Shown in pieces: positions 40,219 to 51,700 of a stretch of 64,000 nt of DNA (the stretch's first letter is position 1; every line of letters begins with the position of its first letter). The translations under genes were made by a program, and so were the position numbers. Source of the stretch: Geosiphon pyriformis uo1 (taxonomy: Eukaryota; Fungi; Glomeromycota); assembly GCA_016748015.1 (NCBI GenBank), contig JAAOMT010000675.1, forward strand, positions 186,001-250,000. The letters are read 5' to 3'. The notes under the pieces are model-generated. The model saw only the letters and a list, made by a program, of their open reading frames with translations, had not been told where the DNA came from and searched no databases.

Positions 40219-43200
40219 GTGGCGACAAAAACCCCTAATCTTACTGTTCTTGAATTCTGCCGTGCTATTTACACACAAAATCAGAGTGATCTTGGATTAC
40301 CAGAAGGGTGTTGTCCAGCAGAATCTGTCCTTACTTATTATATCAACGCCAGAATAAATTATCATATAGGAAAGGAAGAAGAACCACACAATGCAAAACT
40401 TGAATTGTATAGAGAATTATCACAATACACTACAAAAGAAGTAACAGTAATAGCTGCAACTATTGTCAAAATCTATTGAGAAATTGAGCAATACACCAAC
40501 GAAAATTTTCCAATATCCACAGAAAACACTAGAAAATGCACCAACAAAACCAAAGAAAATTTAGAAACTAATCAGGAAAGTAACCAGCAAAAACTAGGAA
40601 CACCAGCTCAAATGCCAAAGAAAACTGTCACTCAATCAATAAAAAAACAACGTATTTATTCACCAGAAGATAAATCATACCATTTTTCACCAGAAAATAA
40701 GATACAAATTCCATTAGAAGCTGCATCATCATCAACATCAACTCCACAAATGCCAAGAACTCCTAGTTATATTGATAAAATTAAACAACGTAACTGGGGA
40801 GACATACCAATTACAGGAGAATATTCATCACTATTCCAAAACCCTCTTTTTCAACCAAAATTTAGAACGGGGTTTGAAAACCGTGAAGAGGAGTCTGAAT
40901 CGGAATCCAAAAAAGAGACCAGCGAAAAAACAATCACAAGACCAGTCACTGGAACAAGCAGCCAGTCCAGAAACCAAGAAACTTATGATCAAGAGAAAAA
41001 ACCGGATATAAGGGAAGTCACCTTTAGGAACGCTCAAGGAAATATCATCCCATCTCCTCTTAGACCAATAAACCCACCAGCAGAAAACGGCAACGAAATG
41101 ACCACACCATACATTGCAAGACTAACAGATTTCTCAGGAGAGGAAGAAGAAACGGACATGCACACATGGCTCAGAGAAGCACAAAAAGCCATCCAGGCAA
41201 ATAACTGGAATGACCAAAGAGCAATTCAAACATTATCTTTCTTCCTGAAAGGCACAGCCGACTTGTGGTATCAAAGCCTGGAAACAAAACCCACGAGCTT
41301 CGCCGAATTTAAAAATGCACTCCTGGAGTATTTTAGCGACCCAAATGCCATAATTCAACTACAGAATGAATTCAATACTATCAAGCAAAATACCAGTGAA
41401 ACTGTCACCCAATACTTTGCTTGATTCAATCGAATTCGCTGTCAGATTGAAGTGATTGAACAAGGATACTACACTGATCCTCAGGTTTTAAATCAGTTTA
41501 TTAGAGGATTAAAAAGCAGCATTTTAGGAAGAGTACGCCCTGCCCACCTTAATTCCTTACCAGAAGCCGTTATGCTTGCCAGAGCCCTTGAATTGGCTGA
41601 GAAAGAAGCTAACCATAGTCAAATGGTTAACATGGTAATGGAGAAAAATAAGACAGAAACATTAGAGAAAAGAGTAACGCAATTAGGGGAGGAACTCTCT
41701 AAGAAAATAGAAAGTTACCTCATCCCGGATCTGAGAAAAAATACATACCAACCACCCCAAAGACGCAGCCAAGAAGTCAGCAACAGTCAAAATAATCGCT
41801 TGTCACGCCAGGAATTCAGAACAGAAACACGCGCCTGTCATTTTTGCAAACGTGTAGGACATTTGATTAGTCAATGTCAAACGCGAATGATGCAGGAAGC
41901 ACATGAAAATAATTACTACGCGCCACCCCAAATGCCCAGAAACCAGTACATGCCAATACCATGCCAATATCCCATCACGTATCAAAATCAAGGAGCTTAC
42001 CAGCAACAGCTCATGATAGCCAATCCGAATTGGCGTCCCGAGGCCCGAAATCAGCCCATGTGGAACCAGAACGCATTGGTCCAGAGAAATCCAAACCGTG
42101 CTGGAACCAATCAGCAAACCAATCTAAACTACCAAAATTATTAACAAACTTACCTTAATATACTGGAAAACCTGATCATCGGAAACAATGACAGTAGAAA
42201 CATAAACAGAACCAAGAATTCCTCCAAATTGAGCCAGACAATACTACCAGCAGTTGCCACCGAAGATAGCAGCCTCGCAGCTATTTTTCCTTTTAAATTA
42301 GAGGAAAACGAGGCTATGTTCAGTAGAGCAGCATTGGACGAAAAACGCCCAATCACTGCTATATATATGGAAGCCACTGTAAACAATACCCCAATCAAAC
42401 TTATCTTAGACAGTGGATCCGCTGGAAGGATCGTAATGCTTTAACTAGTAAACCAACTGGGTTTCAAAGTTGATCGTGCCGCGACGTCCCAAATCATAAC
42501 AGCCGATGAAAGTACAAAGCTGCCTCATGGCGAAATCGACTCATTCCCTTTCGAAATTAATGACATAGTAATACCTACAAAAGTATTAGTAATGGACACT
42601 ACACAATATCAAGCATTAGTAGGGAATGACTGGCTAACAAAAGCCAATGCCACCCTAGACTGGACCACCCAAGAGCTTCTGATCAATTATAATGGCCACC
42701 AGACCAAAATTCCAGCCACCTGTGACCACTTCCAAAAACCCAGCGCCAACCAAAGACCTACTTTCAAATTTGAGGAAAATCCAACACTACCAGCCATCGA
42801 AACCTATCAGCTCTCTTGGGCTGATGACCAAAGAACAAGACTACCAGCTGTACCAACGTGAACCAGCGAAGAAAGATCCGAATGGAACCAGGTAAGTTCA
42901 CAAAAAAACCACCAGCGACGCAGACCAAAGCTAGAATACTCGGTTTGCAAGAAGAAACTCTCGTCTATAACTGCGTGCAGCATACTGGACGAAGACCCAA
43001 GAAACCCCACTCACTACTATTGTAACCGTTATAACAAAGAAAAATACGGTTACCCAGAAAGACATGGAAAATGGGACAAGGAACTGTGCCTCACTTGTGG
43101 AGAACCGTTACCAAGAGGGTGCGACTGGAACAACTTACCAGGCAGAGGAGGAACGTGTGACGCAACTTGCCAATACACGATCCTCATTTGTGACTGGGTA

Positions 43201-45924
43201 AGAAGAGGAATGCCATTCGAAGCAGCGTTCAACAGAGCATTAAAAAGACTACAGCACTACCCACACGACGAGGACGAGTTGTACAACACCACACAAGCCA
43301 AAGTAAGAGGAGGAACCGCCGAAGAAATACGACGTTGGAAAGAGTCAGCCAAAGTAGCCGACAAAGTCGCCAGCTACAACATGTTCGACCTAGTGGAGGA
43401 ATTCCAGGACTACTATCAACAACTATGCCCCACTCGACAAGAGCAAGAACAATACCTCGCCCAAATCAACACTTACCTCTGCAAAAACTGTCTCATCCCA
43501 TGCCAAAATCAGTGCTGTGAAGAGTGTCAAGACAAAAGGGACTTAGAAAGAAAAATGGAAATTGAGAATCAACAGTCTCAAAATCAATCAATAAATCAAC
43601 AAGACTCACCTAATGGTCCCAAGTCAGAAAAATTTGTAGCCTATACCGACCTAGAACAGGTAACCGACATCCGATACTTTGACAATGGACACTTAAGAAT
43701 AATACCCGAAAGAGCCCATCCAACCAACGCCGGATTTGATCTACGTTATCTGGAAGACCAATTCACAATGTTACCACCCAGGAGCATCACCAAAATCAAC
43801 CTAAAAATAGCGGTTGAAATTCCGCCAGGAATAATGGTTCAAATGGCATTGCAATCAAGCCTCGCGAAAAAAGGAATAAGCGTTCAAGGAGGAGTAATTG
43901 ACTCTGAATACACTGGAAATTTGATGGTTTTGCTACAGAACAATTCAGAAAAGCCTTATACCATTGAATCTAAGGAAAAGATTGCACAAGCAATTTTCCT
44001 ACCATTGGTAAAAATTGGGAAATTCGTGCCAGTGGAAAATCGTGAGGAATTGTCACAAATAACGAGAGGAACTTTTGGTTTCGGATCGACAAGAAAAGGA
44101 ATTGAAGCAAATTTTGCTGAAACAATAGAGGAAAAAAGCGAAGTAATTAAAAATGAGCAGTCTATCATGCTCCTACCATATGGAAAATCAGAAATAAGAA
44201 TAAAAAGGACAATTAAAGAAAAAGACCTAATATTTGAGCCCTACTCAGAAACTTGCCAACAGTTTCTCATAGGACTTACTAACCTTTTTATTCCAGTTAA
44301 TAAAGCTCAATGAATAAAAATTCCTATTGCAAACACCACAGAAGAACCCGTCTACATTCTGGAAGATACCATCATTGGATACCTCAGAACAGAGCTAGAA
44401 AACGTGTCAACACCACAAGAAATTCTAAATTTCCCAGAAATTGCCCTCTACTGTGAACTCAGTTCAAAAAATTGGCAACCGGTAGAATGCTATCAATTTA
44501 CGCCAGAAGAATTGGCCAAATTAAACATTGGAACAATGGATCCTGACCAACAGTAACAATTAAAAGCATTAATTTTAAAATACTCTGATATATTTTCAAG
44601 AAATGGCGAATTTGGAAGAACCAACTTGGTTCAACACCAAATCCCCACTGGAGATGCCAGATCTGAAAAACAACGCACTTACCGTGTCTCACCAATGGAG
44701 CATAATTTTATCAGAGAAGAAATCCAAAGCATGTTGGAAAAAAGAATAATACAACCATCAATGAGCCCATGGTTCTTACCAGTTGTTTTAGTAAGGAAAA
44801 AGAACAGAAAAATTAGATTTTGCATCAACTATCACAAACTAAACAGCAAAACAACCAAAAACTCATACCCAATACTGTTAATTGACGAAATTTTCGACGT
44901 TTTTGGAGGAGCAAAATGGTTTTTTACACTGGACTTGACCAGTGGGTACTGGCAAGTGGAAATGAACCCAAAAGACAGGCATAAAACAGCATTCACAACA
45001 CAAAATGGCAATTATGAGTTCAATATAATGCCATTTGGATTAACAAACACTTCCGCGACATTCCAAAGACTAATGGATGTAATTTACTTCGGAATCCTGT
45101 GGCAATCCGTTGTTGTCTACTTGGATGATACAAATGTTTTCTTGTCAAAATTCATGGATCATCTCCAACATTTACAACAAGTTTTTGAGAGATTAAAACA
45201 CGCTGGACTTAAACTAAATCTAGAAAAATGTTTCTTTGGGAAAAATGAGCTAGCATTTTTAGGACACGTAGTTGGAAAAGATGGAATAAAACCAGATCCA
45301 TCAAAAATAGACAAAATGAAAAATTTTCCAGTATCTCGAAACGTTTTAGAAGTTAGAAGCTTTTTAGGACTTGCATTTTACTACTGCCACTTTGTAGAAA
45401 ACTTTTCAAACATCGCCAAACCTCTTAATTACCTACTATCTAAAAATATGAAGTTTGAATGGACTGAAGCACAACAAAAAGCTTTTGAGTACCTTAGACA
45501 AAAGCTCATTGAATCACCAATAATAATCTATCCGAATTTCAACAAGAAATTCATTTTGGCCACAGATGCCTCTGGAACTGGACTTGGAGCCATTCTGTCA
45601 CAAAAAGATGATAATGGAAGAGAACGTGTAATCACTTATGCCAGCAGAAGTCTCAGTACGGCAGAACAAAACTACGCAGCACATGAACTTGAATGCTTAG
45701 CAGTAGTCTGGAGTTGTGTTCACTTTGACACATATTTACGGTACCAACCCTTTGAGATTACAACAGATCATAGAGGTCTGGTCTGGTTAAATAACAAGAA
45801 AGCGCTAAAAGAAAAATACGCCAGATGGTCACAAACGTTAGCACCATACGATTATATTATCAAATACAAAGAAGGTACCAAAAATGCTAATGCCAACTGT
45901 TTGTCAAGAATGAGACACACATAA
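40219..45924 (+). pseudogene. G4 single-frame gag-PR-Cys-dUTPase-RT-RNase H polyprotein
   Basis: ORF fragments starting 40219, 40612, 41452, 42229, 42592, 43210 and 44626 are all in frame +1. CHFCKRVGHLISQC, LDSGS, AGFDL/GVID/IAQ/RGTFGFGST, YLDD, TDAS; TAA at 45924. Confidence 0.92.
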
Positions 45925-45953
45925 AAATCACCAACCCACCCACCACAACAACA

Positions 45954-46743
45954 ATGAACAACCACCTTTACAAAAACCTCAGCCAATACTTGGAAACACT
46001 ACAAATAGACAAAGAAATGCCAGTAAAAGAGCTAATTAAGCTCCAAAAATTAGCAAAACACTATTTTATCCAAAATCACATACTTTATTACCGGAATCAA
46101 CAAAATCCAGATAATTCATTAAGAGTTATAACCACGGATGAAAAAGAAACTATCTTATTTAACATGCACTCAGATATTCATTCAGGCCACTTTGGAAAAA
46201 CAGCAACCATCCAATGTGCAACTAGCCATTACTATTGGCCAAAAATGAGTTCAGACATAATCCAATACATAAAAAATTGTGACCCATGCCAATGAAGAGG
46301 AGGAGCAAAAACAACAGAATTATTAAGACCAATAAAAGTTGGACAGCCATTTGACAGAATCGGAATTGATTTAGTTGGACCCTTACCAATAACAACAAGA
46401 AACAACCATTATATNNNNNNNNNNNNNNNNNNNNAAAATTGGAGATAAAGTATTGTTGCATCGTACAAAAATGGAAAAACAGTGGAGTGAAAAATTTGAT
46501 CACAAGTGGGATGGACCATTTTATATTCACAAAATACTTGGAAATGGAGCATACAAGCTAAGACTAGATGATAAAATATTAAGAAAAGCAGCACATGGTA
46601 ACTGGCTGAAATTCTATTACAGTAAACCAGTAATAACAACAAAAACACCCAGAATTGGAACACAATTACCTTTAATTCTACCAGAACAAATTCCACAAGA
46701 TTTAGAACCAATAATTTTAATTGAACATTATTTGAAAAGATAA
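45954..46743 (+). pseudogene. G4 integrase ORF (catalytic core misplaced to 47281-47978 by scaffolding)
   Basis: MNNHLYKNLSQYLET, H..H..CDPC, GIDLVGPLP, WDGPFYI. Confidence 0.85.
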
Positions 46744-46827
46744 TTAATCTTAGATCACAGCAAAAATGATATAACAACCATAAAAACACATGCAAAAGAT
46801 TCCAAAATAACAGTCAAAATTAAAACA

Positions 46828-48229
46828 ATGATACTTATTTCAGAAAACATCAACAATATAACTCAACAATTAGTTGAAAGCTTACAACAATTAAAATCCG
46901 ATCTAGAAATCACAGTTAATAGCTCCAAAATAACATACATAAAAAGAACAATAGAAAATCCAAATACAAGAAAAGAACATAATTTCGAACCATATAATAT
47001 TGCCAAATATAACAACAAATTTATTAGCAAAGTTATTGAAAAATTAGAGATAGCATTAGGCAATACATTAATAATGGAAGAAATAGAAATAAGTGAATTA
47101 ACACCAGACACATTTAGCAACTTGAAAACGAAATTTCCAATTAATTACTGTTATTATTAACTAAGAAAGCACTTGAACATACAAACATTATACTCAAAAG
47201 ACTCAACTAGAGTGTTTGACAAAACAACTATCCAACTATTAGAACTTTTCATTGGAAAAANNNNNNNNNNNNNNNNNNNNGTTGGACAGCCATTTGACAG
47301 AATCGGAATTGATTTAGTTGGACCCTTACCAATAACAACAAGAAACAACCATTATATTGCAGTAGCCATGGACTATTTCACCAAATGGCCAGAAGCTAGA
47401 GCTATTAAAACAGCTGATGCTATTTCCGTAGCTCAATTTGTACATGAAGACTTAATTTGCCAACATAGATGTCCACAAGAATTGCTATCAGATCAAGACA
47501 CACACTTCGTAAACAGCACCTTAAAAGAACTTAGCCAAAAATTTGGAATCAAGCGACCACTGTCATCACTATACCACTCTCAAACAAATAGATTAGTTGA
47601 AAGATTTAATCACACATTATGCGAATCACTGGCAAAAATTAGTAACGAACATGAAAAAGAATGAGATTTGTTCATACCAGCAGTACTACTAGCATATAGA
47701 ACAGTAAAACAAGATACTACACAATTCACACTGTTTAAACTAGTTTATGGAAGAAAAGCCACATTACCCATTGAACTTACTATCCCAACTTATCCAAGTG
47801 ACACTATCACGGAAGCAACATTCCAGGAAACACTACTTAGAAGAACATACGAATTAATGGGAACTTTAGAAAACAAAAGAAAAAAAGCAGCACAAAATAT
47901 TGAACAATCACAAGAACAACAAAAAGTAAGACATGATAACCAGTTACTAGATAATATAATTAGCTACAAAATTGGAGANNNNNNNNNNNNNNNNNNNNAC
48001 TACATTCCATTCAAAAACAGTTTACAGAATTTTCAAAGCATTTGAAAACTGTCACAAATTATTGTTGGACCCAACCATGAACATAATAACAACCAACAGT
48101 ATTGGACGACTTACCAACTCGCAATTTCAAGAATTACAACAACAAATTAATAACACAGTATTGAACCACTATAGTAACTTAGAATTTAATGAAGAAATTA
48201 ACTTTGATTTCGATGGAGCTCAATCTTGA
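46828..48229 (+). pseudogene. G4 ORF3 (split by N gaps and a misplaced integrase contig)
   Basis: MILISENINNITQQL..LEITVNSSKITYI and ..IGRLTNSQFQEL..I...VL.HY align with G3 ORF3. Confidence 0.7.
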
Positions 48230-48765
48230 AAGGAGGGGATAATATTATGGTTTAAGAATTTAGCAAAAAGAATCATAAAAATAATACAAACTATTCAATC
48301 ATAATATAGCACAGTAATAATCTTAGAAAGGTAATGATTAACATAGTAGCAAACACCATCTCACGATGTTACAGTTTAAGAATTTAGAAAAAAAAATCAT
48401 AAAAATAATACAAACTATTCAATCATAATATAGCACAGTAATAATCTTAGAAAGGTAATGATTAACATAGTAGCAAACACCATCGCGCGATAGTGGCAAG
48501 CACCAGTTCACAATAGCAGCCAACACCAACTGGTGATAGCAGCAAGCACCAGGTTGAAATATCAAAAAGAAAGTATTTTCTNNNNNNNNNNNNNNNNNNN
48601 NAATTGAGGAACTCACGAAAGACTGATTGCAATTAAAGCGGGATATCAGCAATTAAATATAACAAGAAAACCATCCCATAACATTTGGTGAACCCTATGA
48701 GGAAAGAAAATCAAAAAGGAAATAATAATTAGCAATAATTCATTGCTAAAAAGGAAAAGACAAAA

Positions 48766-51700
48766 GTGGCGACAAAAACCCCTAATCTTACTGTTCTTGA
48801 ATTCTGCCGTGCTATTTACACACAAAATCAAAGTGATCTTGGATTACCAGAAGGGTGTTGTCCAGCAGAATCTGCCCTCACTTATTATATCAACGCCAGA
48901 ATAAATTATCATATAGGAAAGGAAGAAGAATCACACGATGCAAAACTTGGATTGTATAGAGAATTATCACAATACACTACAAAAGAAGTAGCAGTAATAG
49001 CCGCAACTATTGTCAAAATCCATCAAGAAATTGAGCAATACGCCAACGAAAATTTTCCAATATCCACAGGAAACACTAAGGAATGTGCCAACAAAACCAA
49101 AGAAAATTTAGAAACTAATCAGGAAAGTAACCAGCAAAAACTAGAAACACCAGCTCAAACGCCAAAGAAAACTGTCACTCAATCAATAAAGAAACAACGT
49201 ATTTATTTACCAGAAGATAAATCATACCATTTTTCACCAGAAAATAAGATACAAATTCCATTAGAAGCTGCATCATCATCAACATCAACTCCACAAACGC
49301 CAAAAACTCCTAGTTATATTGATAAAATTAAACAACGTAACTGGGGAGACATACCAATTACAGGAGGATATTCATCACTATTCTAAAACCCTCTTTTTCA
49401 GCCAAAATTTAGAATGGAGTTTGAAAACCGTGAAAAGGAGTCTGAATCAGAATCCAAAAAAGAGACCAGTGAAAAAACAATCACAAGACCAGTCACTGGA
49501 ACAAGCAGCCAGTCCAGAAACCAAGAAACTCGTGATCAAGAGAAAGAACTGGATATAAGGGAAGCCACCTTTAGGAATGCTCAAGGAAATATCATCCCAC
49601 CTCCTCTTAGACCAATAAACCCACCAGCAGAAAACGGCAACGAAATGACCACACCATACATTATAAGACTAACAGATTTCTCAGGAGAGGAAGAAGAAAT
49701 GGACGTGCACACATGGCTCAGAGAAGCACAAAAAGCCATCCAAGCAAATAACTGGAACAACCAAAGAGCAATTCAAACATTACCTTTCTTCCTGAAAGGC
49801 ACAGCCAACTCGTGGTATCAAAGCCTGGAAACAAAACCCACGAGCTTTGCCGAATTTAAAAATGCACTCCTGGAGTATTTTAGCGACCCAAACGCCATAA
49901 TCCAACTACAGAACAAATTCAATACTATCAAGCAAAATACTGGTGAAACTGTCACCCAATACCTTGCTTGATTCAATCGAATTCGCCGTCAGATTGAAGT
50001 GATTGAACAAGGATACTACACTGATCCTCAGGTTTTAAATCAGTTTATTAGAGGATTAAAAAGCAGCATTTTAGGAAGAGTACGCCCTGCCCACCCTAAT
50101 TCCTTACCAGAAGCCATTACGCTCACCAGAGCCCTTGAATCGGCTGAGAAAGAAGCTAATCATAGTTAAATGGTTAACATGGTAATGGAGGAAAATAAGA
50201 CAGAAACATTAGAGAAAAGAGTAACGCAATTAGGAGAGGAACTCTCTAAGAAAATAGAAAGTTATCTCATCCTGGATCTGAGAAAAAATACATACCAACC
50301 ACCCTAAAGACGCAGCCAAGAAGTCAGTGACAGTCAAAATAATCGCTTGTCACGCCAGGAATTCAGAACAGAAACACGCGCCTGCCATTTTTGCAAACAC
50401 GTAGGACATTTGATTAGTCAATGTCGAACGTGAATGATGCAGGAAGCACGCAAAAATAATTACTACACGCCACCCCAAATGCCCAGAAACCAGTACACGC
50501 CAATACTACGCCAATATCCCACCACGTATTAAAATCAAGGAGCTTACCAGCAACAGCCCATGATAGCCAACCCGAATTGGCATCCCGAGGCCCGAAATCA
50601 GCCCATGTGGAACCAGAACGCATTGGTCCAGAGGAATCTAAACTGCGCCAGAACCAATCAGCAAACCAATCCAAACTACCAAAATTATCAACAAACTTAC
50701 TTTAATATACTGAAAAACCTGATCATCGGAAACAATGACGGTAGAAACATAAACAGAACTAAAAATTCCTTCAAATTGAGCCAGACAATACCACCAGCAG
50801 TTGCCACCAAAGATAGCAGCCTTGCAGCTATTTTTTCCTTTTGAATTAGAGGAAAACGAGGCTATGTTCAGTGGAGCAGCATTGGACAAAAAACGCCCAA
50901 TCACTGCTATGTATACGGAAGCCACTGTAAACAATACCCCAATCAAACTTATCTTAGACAGCGGATCCACTGGAAGCATCGTAACGCTTCAACTAGTAAA
51001 CCAACTGGGTTTCAAAGTTGATCGTGCTGCAACATCCCAAATCATAACAGCTGATGAAAGTACAAAGCTGCCTTATGGCGAAATCGACTCATTCCCTTTC
51101 GAAATTAACGACATAGTAATACCTACAAAAGTATTAGTAATGGACACTACACAATATTAAGCATTAGTAGGGAATGACTGGCTAACAAAAGCCAACACCA
51201 CCCTAGACTGGACCACCCAAGAGCTTCTGATCAATTATAATGGCCACCAGGCCAAAATTCCAGCCACCTGTGGCCACTTCCAAAAACCCAGCGCCAATCA
51301 AAGACCTACCTTCGAATTTGAGGAAAATCCAGCACTACCAGCCATCGAAACCTATCAGTTCTCTTGGGCTGATGACCAAAGAACAGGACTAACAGCCATA
51401 CCAATGTGGACCAGCAAAGAAAGATCCAAATGGAACCAGGTAAGTTCACGAAGAAACCACCAGCAACGCAGACCAAAGCTAGAATGCTCGGTTTGCAAGA
51501 AAAAACTCTTGTCTATGACTGCGTGCAGTGCACCAGACGAAGACCCAAGAAACCCCACCCACTACTATTGTAACCATTGTAACAAAGAAAAATATGGTTA
51601 CCCAGAAAGACACGGAAAATGGGACGAGGAACTGTGCCTCACTTGTGGAGAACTGTTACCAAAAGGGTGCGACTGAAATAACTTACCAGGCAGAGGAAGA

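Noticed and set aside
47281-47978. Apparent second integrase inside G4 ORF3 (IN after ORF3)
   Set aside because: Flanked by N gaps, and its ends overlap both sides of the gap at 46415-46434, so it is a misplaced contig.
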